A DNA stretch of 64,000 nucleotides from Obrimoposthia wandeli (Eukaryota): positions 1-64,000 of the forward strand of contig CDROCS010000742.1 in assembly GCA_977020255.1 (NCBI GenBank), written 5' to 3'. Under the pieces are notes generated by a model. It made no database searches, had not been told where the DNA came from, and saw only the letters and a list, made by a program, of their open reading frames with translations. The translations under genes were made by a program, and so were the position numbers. Position 1 is the first letter of the stretch, and every line of letters starts with the position of its first letter. Positions 42,094 to 53,479 of this stretch are shown here, one piece after another.

Positions 42094-44158
42094 TAACTTT
42101 CCCCTTCACAAATCAAATTTACACTTCTTCAGCCATTCGATTCTCCTGGGAAGTACTCCTCTTGGAAACTGAATTGATACCTGTCGTGGACTCAAGAATC
42201 CTTTTTTTCATACTGGTCACTATCCTTGCTTCTTTTAATTGGGTCCTTTTTAACAAGCACCTTTTCATTTACTTCAAATATCCTTTCTCCTCTTCTTTCA
42301 TTGTCTAACTTCTTTAACTTTTCAGCTACGATTTGTTGGTTCTTCCTTACGTCTTGAATGATATTTTCTTTATTGTTTGTTGTTGTATTTGATGCTTGAA
42401 TTGTTATTTTTCTTCCTTAAATTACCTCAAACGGTGAATGTTTTGCAGAACTATTTACTGTTGCATTTATAGCAAATTCAATTTGTGGCAATAAATCGTG
42501 CCAACATTTTCCTGTTTTAGTATACGCTCTTGTCGTTACAATCATATCTCTTACCATGCGTATAACCCTTTCAGCTAGACCATTAGATTGGTGTTGATAA
42601 GGTGCTGTAAGCTCTTGTTCAATACCAAAATTTTCTAGCCAATTCTGAAAATAATTGCCAGTAAATATTCGTCTCTATCTGTTAAAATACTCTTAGGTTT
42701 TCCAAATTTATATATCCAATTTGTCTCGAGGGCTTTAGTAATTGTTATTTCATCTTCTTTTGAGGTTGCTGATAGTGATACCAGTTTACTAAATCGATCG
42801 ATTACTATCAACATATATTTCTTTTAAGATCTTCCTTCCTTCATGTGGGCTATATTGACAATTATTTGATCTAATAAAATTTCTTTGATTATAGGAATAT
42901 ATATTTCTTTTGTTCTGCTTGTTTCAATTTTTCTTTTGGCACAGTAAACGCACTTTGATATGCATTCTTTTATTTCTTGAAACATTCCTTTTAAATAGAA
43001 GTTATCTTTCATATAATTATAAACTTTTTGTATTCCTAGGTGACAAAGATATTGGTGAATTTCATTAATAATTTCATTAGCGTTTTTCGGACTTATGACA
43101 ATTAAATCTGTAAAGTTTTGTTCAAAATAAAGGATATCATCACAGAGTTTAAGTTTCTCTCTTATCTGACAAATCCAACTTCTTTTGCATTCTTCTGAAA
43201 AATCTTTACTTTCCAGTTGGGGGAAAACTTTCATTTCTTTCACATGAATATCTTCTTGTTGTATTTTCCTTATCTTACTCAAGAAGTTGTCTTTATTTAG
43301 TGAGTTAATATATCGTATTTTAGATCTATTATCTTGTGCATCAGTATGTTTAGTTTCACACTGAGCACATACTGTTTCATTTAATCTTGAAATACCATCG
43401 GCATTACCATGGTCAATACCTTTACGATGTTCTAACTTAAAATTAAATTCTGATAAATTTGCCAGCCATGTTTGAAATTGAGGACTGATTGGTTTTTTCG
43501 TCGTTCTTAAAAATACTAATGCTTTATGATCTGTTCTTGTCAAAAATTCTGTTCCATATAAATATTGTTTGAAATGCATAATAAATTCGTATACTTCTAA
43601 AAGTTATTTTCTGGTAACACAATAACCTTTCTCATAGGAAGTAAGATATCTTGAAGCGTATGCAATCACTTTTTTGTTTCTCATTTCATCCAGTTGGCTC
43701 AATACTGCCCCAATTGCACCAAAGCTTGCGTCTGTATCAATTATAAATTTTCTATTTCACCTGGGAAAATCTAATATGGGAGCTGTTGTTAATTTTTTTT
43801 CAGGAGTGCAAAACTTGTTTTACAACCCGTGACCATTGTATTGACTTCTTATCGCCGGACCCCACTGCATATAGTGGAACTGCAATATTTGCATAATCTT
43901 TAATAAATCGTCGATAATAGTTTGCCATTCCTAAAAATGATTTTAGTTTTCCACTATAATCAGATTCTTTAAAAATCATAATTTCGTTGACTTTCGACTG
44001 ATTTATATGTATTTCGCTTTCTGTTATTGTATGACCTAGAAATTTTAGCAGTTTCTGGCTAATGATGCATTTATTAGGGTTAATTTTGAGGCCTGTCGCT
44101 GCTATTCTTTTGAATACCTCTCTTAATAATTTATAATGTTCTTCTTGGTTGTTACTAT

Positions 44159-45655
44159 TGTTAGGTTTAGGATTTAATAAACTTTAAAAAAATAATTAAT
44201 TGATAAAATAGTAAAATGAATCCTTGGAAGCAAGGTTCAAAATAGAATTTAAAATTAAATAATAAAATAAAAATGTATTTTAGGACCTTCATAAGGTCAA
44301 GTGTTTGATGTGTAGTATATATGGATATTAAATCTATTAAATGGGCCCCAAAAAGAAGATACGAGAAATAGCCAAAAAAGAAATTAAGAGATATTCCAAT
44401 TAAGAAAGTTGAAGAAATGTTGGCTAATTAAGAAGAAGAAAAACCCATTAGCTATTGTGGGAAAGGACCAACTGCTCGTCGGAGGACACCATTAGTAGAG
44501 CGAGATCCAGACAATCGTAGTGGGAAGCAAGCAGCCGGCGTCTCATTGAAGGTAAGAAGCACTTAGCTAAAGTGTTATTTAATTAATTCCTTTTCCATTA
44601 AGGAAATCCAAGTTGCTGAGAAGACGCTTCGTATATAAACGAGACAATTCATCTCTAAATCCAGTTGGGAAAAGTAACTAAAAATTGAATAACTAAATAA
44701 TTCGAGAAATAGAAAATTAACGAGGACCGTTCGAGAAAACTGTAATACGGCTAAACGTGCTCGGAAAAGTCGGAGAAACGAGAAAAGCGACGCGAGACAA
44801 TTCATATCTCGAACCACTACGATCAGCACCCAAACCGGAACTGATCTGTGAACCGGAATCCGAGCAATATCTCTGAGAACACGGATCGGAGACCCCAGAA
44901 TCCAAGCTGCCAATATCGAGTGGAATTACTGGTGAGAAAAGCGCAGTGCCAAGTGAAGACGAGTTGAGTTTAGACGTATTATAAAAGTTAAGCTATCTCA
45001 TACATATTTTATATCGAAGTTATAAAAGTTAAGTTGTCTCATACATATTTGATATCGAAAGTTGTTAAAGGAAAGGTTAATGTTGTCTCATATATATTAG
45101 ATATCGAAAGTTTTAAAAAGAAAAGTTAAAATTGCCCCAATTTTTACATCAAAAGTTTATAAAAGAAAAAGTTAAAATTAGTCCATATTTTATATTGAAA
45201 GTTTACAAAAGAATCTACATTCAAAAAATTAAACTTGATAAACTTATCGAAATATTAGGCCGATTAAAATCGATACGTAAGACATCCCCATTGCGTGAAT
45301 TCTAAGGACGTATTTAGGACTAATTGTTGTAATTTTTAAGAACCTAGTTAGTGTGAGTTTAGAAAATAAAGATTTCCTACATTAAAAAGTGTTGTCTTCA
45401 ACAAACCCTTGCAAGCAGGTTAGAACCAATTCTCCATACGTTACATCACACTAAGGGAAATTCTACAGTCATCGTGTACACAACTCTCACACATCTCCAC
45501 AACAACAAACAAAAACAAACCTTCAGATTAAACAAGTAAGACAGAAGACAAGCTAAGTAGGCCACAAACAACTGCAAGCCCTACTTCTATAGAACTCACG
45601 TTGGGGATCTACCATCAGAGGATCTATTTAAGAGTTTCAAATAGAAACCCCAACA
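44159..45655. mobile_element. Solo LTR C (1497 bp) inserted in the RT domain
   Basis: TGTTAGG...CCCCAACA with 4-bp TSD CTAT (44155-58 / 45656-59); ~40-bp internal repeats at 44980-45200. Confidence 0.93.
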
Positions 45656-46028
45656 CTATAAACAAGGATATCATCCAGATTTACAATTGTTCCTTTGAAC
45701 AACAAATCATCCAATATTTTATGCATCAAACTCTGAAATGTTGCCGGTGCTGTAGCCAACCCAAATGGCATGCGAATGAAACAAAATTGTCCTAATTTTG
45801 TACTGAAAGCCGTTTTTGCCTGAGACTTATTCTCTAGATCTACCTGATAATAAGCTTGTGTTGGGAAAATATTAGCTATTTGTTTAAAAAAGAAAAATAA
45901 AAATATAAAATTTTTAAAGAAATAAAAGGTAAAAAGGAATTAATTAATTGAAAATTAATTGGGAACTTTCCTTAATTAGGGAAAAGTTCCGATTTTAAAA
46001 TGTGCACTTTGGCATTTTTGTCTATTCA

Positions 46029-46080
46029 ATCTCCGACGGGAAAAAAGCCCGTTTCGCCCTGCCGGGCTCATCAGGGAGAT
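46029..46080 (-). ncRNA. Type I hammerhead ribozyme, intact (unit 1); predicted cleavage between 46035 and 46034
   Basis: AUCUCC-CUGAUGA-GCCC GGCA GGGC-GAAA-CGGG cuuuuuu CCCG-UC/GGAGAU: full core and three perfect stems. Confidence 0.95.
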
Positions 46081-46915
46081 GGCTTGTTATCTCTAACTTC
46101 GCGGTGGATTCCGCGAAGCCAGAGATAACAATAATAAAAAGCCAGGGAAAGATTTACCCCTTTCATGTGCCGACGAATATCGTCGACATATGTTGTTGGT
46201 GTGCGCAAGTACACATTTCAACACACACTGTTGATTTAGGAATATCCAAAAGCATAAAATCAGAACTAAATCACAATCACCCAAATATTGGACTCGCCAA
46301 CATGGTGCGGAAATACTTAAATATAGAAACACAAAAAGGAGTCCACACTAGCATGGAAGATGCAAATCACACCCGAAAAATTTTCATAATGAAGGAGAAA
46401 ATGTTGAATAGAGAGTTTGATTTGACCGAGGTGATGAATCCACCATCTAGCGAGAACAACCCCAGTTCATTGTTCTCGCATAAGACCGGAAACTCGGAGT
46501 CCGGTACACAAAACTCCCCGATTTTGTTGGATTAAGGTAGTATTGTTATTATTTTATTTCTGTTTTCATTCTTGTCTAAATTTTTAACGATATTTAACCA
46601 GACATGATTGTGATTAATAAAACATTGATCAGTTATAACATACAAACAACACTAGGTAACAATAGAAACAAGACAAAATAGTTTAACTAATAATTAAGAT
46701 AAAAATTATGATTCTGAGGACAGAAACTTTTATGACCCGGAGGATTGTTGGGAAAATATTAGCTATTTGTTTAAAAAAGAAAAATAAAAATATAAAATTT
46801 TTAAAGAAATAAAAGGTAAAAAGGAATTAATTAATTGAAAATTAATTGGGAACTTTCCTTAATTAGGGAAAAGTTTCGATTTTAAAATGTGCACTTTGGC
46901 ATTTTTGTCTATTCA

Positions 46916-46965
46916 ATCTCCGACGGGAAAAAAGCCTGCGTTTCGCCCTGCCGGGCTCATCAGGG
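46916..46965 (-). ncRNA. Hammerhead, impaired (unit 2)
   Basis: Core and stem II intact. A 28-bp deletion removes the stem I 5' strand, and extra bases disturb stem III (possibly an assembly error). Confidence 0.75.
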
Positions 46966-47825
46966 TGGATTCCGCGAAGCCAGAGATAACAATAATAAAA
47001 AGCCAGGGAAAGATTTACCCCTTTCATGTGCCGACGAATATCGTCGACATATGTTGTCTTATGCGAGAACGATGAACTGGGTTGTTCTCGCTAGATGGTG
47101 GATTCATCACCTCGGTCAAATCAAACTCTCTATTCAACATTGTTGATTTAGGAATATCCAAAAGCATAAAATCAGAACTAAATCACAATCACCCAAATAT
47201 TGGACTCGCCAACATGGTGCGGAAATACTTAAATATAGAAACACAAAAAGGAGTCCACACTAGCATGGAAGATGCAAATCACACCCGAAAAATTTTTCAT
47301 AATGAAGGAGAAAATGTTGAATAGAGAGTTTGATTTGACCGAGGTGATGAATGCTGCATCTAGCGAGAACAACCCCAGTTCATCGTTCTCGCATAAGACC
47401 GGAAACTCGGAGTCCGGTACACAAAACTCCCCGATTTTGTTGGATTAAGGTAGTATTGTTATTATTTTATTTCTGTTTTCATTCTTGTCTAAATTTTTAA
47501 CGATATTTAACCAGACATGATTGTGATTAATAAAACATTGATCAGTTATAACATACAAACAACACTAGGTAACAATAGAAACAAGACAAAATAGTTTAAC
47601 TAATAATTAAGATAAAAATTATGATTCTGAGGACAGAAACTTTTATGACCCGGAGGATTGTTGGGAAAATATTAGCTATTTGTTTAAAAAGAAAAATAAA
47701 AATATAAAATTTTTAAAGAAATAAAAGGTAAAAGGAATTAATTAATTGAAAATTAATTGGGAACTTTCCTTAATTAGGAAAAGTTTCGATTTTAAAATGT
47801 GCACTTTGGCATTTTTGTCTATTCA

Positions 47826-47873
47826 ATCTCCGACGAGAAAAAAGCCCGTTTCGCCCTGCCGGGCTCATCAGGG
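47826..47873 (-). ncRNA. Hammerhead with stem I deletion (unit 3)
   Basis: Core intact; stem III has a G-U pair (CGGG/CUCG); 28-bp deletion. Confidence 0.8.
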
Positions 47874-48735
47874 TGGATTCCGCGAAGCCAGAGATAACAA
47901 TAATAAAAAGCCAGGGAAAGATTTACCCCTTTCATGTGCCGACGAATATCGTCGACATATGTTGTCTTATGCGAGAACGATGAACTGGGTTGTTCTCGCT
48001 AGATGGTGGATTCATCACCTCGGTCAAATCAAACTCTCTGTTCAACATTGTTGATTTAGGAATATCCAAAAGCATAAAATCAGAACTAAATCACAATCAC
48101 CCAAATATTGGACTCGCCAACATGGTGCGGAAATACTTAAATATAGAAACACAAAAAGGAGTCCACACTAGCATGGAAGATGCAAATCACACCCGAAAAA
48201 TTTTCATAATGAAGGAGAAAATGTTGAATAGAGAGTTTGATTTGACCGAGGTGATGAATCCACCATCTAGCGAGAACAACCCCAGTTCATCGTTCTCGCA
48301 TAAGACCGGAAACTCGGAGTCCGGTACACAAAACTCCCCGATTTTGTTGGATTAAGGTAGTATTGTTATTATTTTATTTCTGTTTTCATTCTTGTCTAAA
48401 TTTTTAACGATATTTAACCAGACATGATTGTGATTAATAAAACATTGATCAGTTATAACATACAAACAACACTAGGTAACAATAGAAACAAGACAAAATA
48501 GTTTAACTAATAATTAAGATAAAAATTATGATTCTGAGGACAGAAACTTTTATGACCCGGAGGATTGTTGGGAAAATATTAGCTATTTGTTTAAAAAAGA
48601 AAAATAAAAATATAAAATTTTTAAAGAAATAAAAGGTAAAAAGGAATTAATTAATTGAAAATTAATTGGGAACTTTCCTTAATTAGGGAAAAGTTTCGAT
48701 TTTAAAATGTGCACTTTGGCATTTTTGTCTATTCA

Positions 48736-48783
48736 ATCTCCGACGGGAAAAAAGCCCGTTTCGCCCTGCCGGGCTCATCAGGG
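48736..48783 (-). ncRNA. Hammerhead with stem I deletion (unit 4)
   Basis: Core and stems II and III perfect; 28-bp deletion. Confidence 0.8.
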
Positions 48784-49645
48784 TGGATTCCGCGAAGCCA
48801 GAGATAACAATAATAAAAAGCCAGGGAAAGATTTACCCCTTTCATGTGCCGACGAATATCGTCGACATATGTTGTCTTATGCGAGAACGATGAACTGGGT
48901 TGTTCTCGCTAGATGGTGGATTCATCACCTCGGTCAAATCAAACTCTCTATTCAACATTGTTGATTTAGGAATATCCAAAAGCATAAAATCAGAACTAAA
49001 TCACAATCACCCAAATATTGGACTCGCCAACATGGTGCGGAAATACTTAAATATAGAAACACAAAAAGGAGTCCACACTAGCATGGAAGATGCAAATCAC
49101 ACCCGAAAAATTTTCATAATGAAGGAGAAAATGTTGAATAGAGAGTTTGATTTGACCGAGGTGATGAATCCACCATCTAGCGAGAACAACCCCAGTTCAT
49201 CGTTCTCGCATAAGACCGGAAACTCGGAGTCCGGTACACAAAACTCCCCGATTTTGTTGGATTAAGGTAGTATTGTTATTATTTTATTTCTGTTTTCATT
49301 CTTGTCTAAATTTTTAACGATATTTAACCAGACATGATTGTGATTAATAAAACATTGATCAGTTATAACATACAAACAACACTAGGTAACAATAGAAACA
49401 AGACAAAATAGTTTAACTAATAATTAAGATAAAAATTATGATTCTGAGGACAGAAACTTTTATGACCCGGAGGATTGTTGGGAAAATATTAGCTATTTGT
49501 TTAAAAAAGAAAAATAAAAATATAAAATTTTTAAAGAAATAAAAGGTAAAAAGGAATTAATTAATTGAAAATTAATTGGGAACTTTCCTTAATTAGGGAA
49601 AAGTTTCGATTTTAAAATGTGCACTTTGGCATTTTTGTCTATTCA

Positions 49646-49697
49646 ATCTCCGACGGGAAAAAAGCCCGTTTCGCCCTGCCGGGCTCATCAGGGAGAT
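49646..49697 (-). ncRNA. Type I hammerhead ribozyme, intact (terminal LTR); predicted cleavage between 49652 and 49651
   Basis: Identical to the unit 1 ribozyme. Confidence 0.95.
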
Positions 49698-52600
49698 GGC
49701 TTGTTATCTCTAACTTCGCGGTGGATTCCGCGAAGCCAGAGATAACAATAATAAAAAGCCAGGGAAAGATTTACCCCTTTCATGTGCCGACGAATATCGT
49801 CGACATATGTTGTTGGTGTGCGCAAGTACACATTTCAACACACACACTCACACAGCAGACATCACTCAACTCACTCACTCACTCTCACTACTCACTCAAT
49901 CGCTCACTCAATCCCTTGTTCACTCACTCTCCCTACTCACTCACTTACTTATCCATTGTGCACATGTGTGTGTATGTTTAATTTAAAATTTTTCCGCCTG
50001 CCCAGAGTTCGACAGGCGGTGGAATTTCCCGGCTGCACATGTGAGTGTGTGCAGAGCCGGGAAATATCGGTTCTTCTCCTATCTGCCCAGATCTATCCAG
50101 TATGTGTGCAGCAGTTAGATATTTAAGCTGCACACTACTAAATGAATATATATACGACAAAACTACAAATAATAATAAAAAATCAAAATCAGAAAATTAT
50201 TATTACCAGAAATCAGAAAATTATTATTATCAAACGGTTGCTGTTTTCTCTGCTGTTCGCCAACCCACACAGACAACTATTTTTCGCTATCTCCCTGCAG
50301 TTGGATTCAGATATAAAGTGGCAGTAAAATTAAATTTCTTAACACTATATACACTCTAACAGAAAATTTAAAAATTATTATTACCAAAGATATTATCTGA
50401 AATCAAAAATTTATCTTACAGAAAACTATTACAAGAAATTGATTAAAGCGTAACCAAAAATATTTATTTGCGGACAATTGATTATTATTTGTCAAAGATA
50501 TTACCAAAGATATTACCTGAAATCAAAAATTTATCTTACAGAAAACTATTACAAGAAATTGATTAAAGCGTGACAAAAATTATTTATTTGCGGACAATTG
50601 ATTATTATTTATTTGAGAATATATTATTAGAGAAAACCATTTTTCTTTTCTTCTCGTTTATTAACACTTGTCCAATATCTAATGTCGTAAATATTTTAGC
50701 ATCACCTAGACAATCGACAAGAGTTGTGCATCCGGTATAGGAAATGTAAACTTCTTGGTTACAGCATTCAATTGTCTACAGTCAACACACATTCGAATTG
50801 TATTGTCTGGCTTCTTCACAATGACCAATGGCGAGTTCCAAGGACTTTCACAACGCATAATTACATTTACTTTGAGTAAATTTTCAATCATTTCATCAAC
50901 TTGGTTTTCTAAATGCATCAGTTAACGTCTAGGATTTTGGCACATACGATCGGCAATAGTCTCAATCTTATGAGAGACAATTTTGGTATATCCAAGATCA
51001 AATTTAGAACACATAAATATTTTCCCAAATTCCTCAATATAATGTCCTAGAATTGAGTCTCTGTCTCATTTTAAAGAATTACATATTTTATATGTTCTTT
51101 CTTTTGAGGAAAACGTTTTCATCATGCAAGACGAGTCCAAATTACATACTTCCTGTAGCTTTATCCCAAATGTTTTCATTGTATTGATTCCACCAATAAA
51201 TTCTGGTTAAATTTCTTCTACAACGATTATTTCCAAAACATTCTATTTTCCATTCCATAACACTTTAGTATTAAACCTACCTAAGGGCTGTTGATGATTA
51301 TTCGAAAAAACTCCACTCAGATATAAATTACTCTGTCTCATTTTGTGACATCCTACTTTCTTCTAACAATCCTTACTCATTACAGTAACTGATTCTCGGG
51401 AGTCCCACAGCATTTTCACATCTATATCATTAATCTTCATTCACGACCATCATTCTTCATATACATCTTTTCATTCCGCTTTGGTTCTATATGCTCGATC
51501 CTACCGACGAAATGTGAGCAATGGTATCGCTCACGTTTCCCTGATTAACATCATGTATTATCATTTCTTCACTATAACAATCTTCTAAATCTTAATTATT
51601 TTCTTTCACTTCTTCTGTTATACAAAGTACTCTTGAAGTTTGATGTGGGTTCTTTAAAATATAGCAGCTGTTGAAATTGTGACCTTCTTTTCCACAAATC
51701 AAACATTTGTGATTGAGAGGACATTGATTTCGGAAATTATCTTTTTCACCACAACAAAAACATGCTCCTGGATGAAGTTCTTCTCTTTTTGTGACAGGCA
51801 GTCCCTTAGTTAAGTTATATTTTCTTTTAACTATTTGTTTTAAGGAAAACCTTGGCATTGGTCTCTTATTATTTTGATTTTGGGTGTCTGTATTTAAGTA
51901 TCTTTTTTCTTCATTAACATAATTTCTTTGTTCCTGATGTACTGATACTGGTATTGGTTTCTTTGTATTGTTTGCGAAATTACGGTTGTCAGGGCGGTTG
52001 AATTCTCTTTTTACTGTATTCGCATACGTATTATGAATTTGTGCAATCACGGTATTCTTTTTCTCGATTTCGCTGTACACCTTTGCCAACGCCTCTATTT
52101 CTTCTTTTGGCATCTTTGGTTTTAATAAAAACTGCTCCTATCGGTTTCTTTGCATTGATTTATCCGATATAATATGTCAAATCTACATAATTTATACATT
52201 TGCATCATAACACAAGAATAGTGCTTTAACCAGCACAAATATATATAATTTAATAGCTTATGAAGGTCAAGACGAGCAAATCATATTCAGTTGGATAATA
52301 ATTCCGAACAAACTAAATCCATTTACTCAAAACGTAATTAAGTATTGTCCATTATTTAAATAAAAATCTACTCTAAGCTTTTAAAATTGCTTTAGTGTTA
52401 CATTATCGAAGCAATTGTAGGATGTTTTGTTGTTAAACACCTGCGAAATTGTTAATATTTTTGATAGAAATTTGATTCAAACAGAAAAGTCAATTATTTA
52501 TTGAAGACTTAAAACGCTGAATAGGTTATCGAAAAATTAAACCTCAATATTTGTTATAAAACGTAATAAAAAGTCAGCAATGAAATTGTAAACAATCATC

Positions 52601-53479
52601 TAAATCAAATTTTTTTAAAGCATGATAAAAATAATTCTTTAAAACATATAATTTTTTATATGTATTTAAGTTTAAATTACAAATAAAACGATACAATGTA
52701 AAATTTTTCAGTTGAAATTAATTTTGACAACTATTTACAATATGAATATAGATTTTTCAGAATTGTTATCTTTTTCAAAACAAACAAACACATATAACTA
52801 TCAATGTCAATCAGGCATTAATACTCTTACACCATGATCGATTATTTACTTTGAAATCAAAACTTCAATGTTTTCATCCAATCAAAATAAGAATTATTCA
52901 GCAATAACTGAAAAAAGGTATAAAATAATAAAGATTTCACATATTATATCGTTTAAATCAATGCAAAGTAACATATTTTATATTAAGATATAAGTTTTAG
53001 AGAACCTTGATTTTAGGCTACCTCATCCATCGTGTTTTGATATCCTTTTCAGAAGAATATTTAGATATTTAGTTACTCTTTTCGAGAACATTTAACATTT
53101 AAATAGCATTGTTACTGCTGTTACCCTCTAATTTCGAATGACTTTCGATTTAATCAGCACTACGCTCTGTTTGAACAAAAGTTACTGGTTTTCACTGGAC
53201 GAGATATCGGTGTAAACACCAAGAAAATTTTCAGGTTATCTCTAACTAATTTATTTAATGCTTTACAAATGACTTTCGAGTTGTATTAATTGATTTTAAG
53301 AGTGATTCCGTATCAGTTAAATTATCAAATACTTGTTGACATTAAAAGACAAGTCCGGGTTGATGTTTGAAGACAAAACTAATTTGTCAGACGAATCGGG
53401 AAAAACAAACTGACAAGATCTGTCCACAAAATCACATGTACCAGGCATGTCAACATATACATCCACTACATATTTGGAA

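Larger units (their letters stand above)
45859..50666. mobile_element. Non-autonomous LTR-type element with four ~910-bp units plus a 1191-bp terminal LTR, each carrying a hammerhead
   Basis: TGTTGGG...TTAACA ends and 4-bp TSD CTTG (45855-58 / 50667-70). Units start at 45859, 46746, 47659, 48566 and 49476. No RT or integrase inside. Confidence 0.9.
42094..52113 (-). mobile_element. Ty3/gypsy internal region (gag, protease, RT, RNase H, integrase) interrupted by two insertions; 5' LTR not seen
   Basis: Gag with two CCHC-type knuckles (51592-52113) and an LWDS(R) protease motif. RT is split into ~50950-50667, 45858-45656 and 44158-43800; removing the inserts restores LDIGQAYYQV...MPFGL...LDDILVYSNNQEEH. 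RNase H DTDASFGAIGAVL; integrase HHCC in ORF 42824-43579. Confidence 0.95.

Noticed and set aside
45585-45655. HDV-like, pistol or hammerhead ribozyme at the end of solo LTR C
   Set aside because: Lacks the required core nucleotides and topology on either strand; kept only as an unassigned junction.
45859-50666. Penelope pLTR array
   Set aside because: Tandem hammerheads and an inverted segment are Penelope-like, but the TG...CA ends with an exact 4-bp TSD and the absence of any GIY-YIG/RT ORF favour an integrase-type LTR origin. Not fully excluded.
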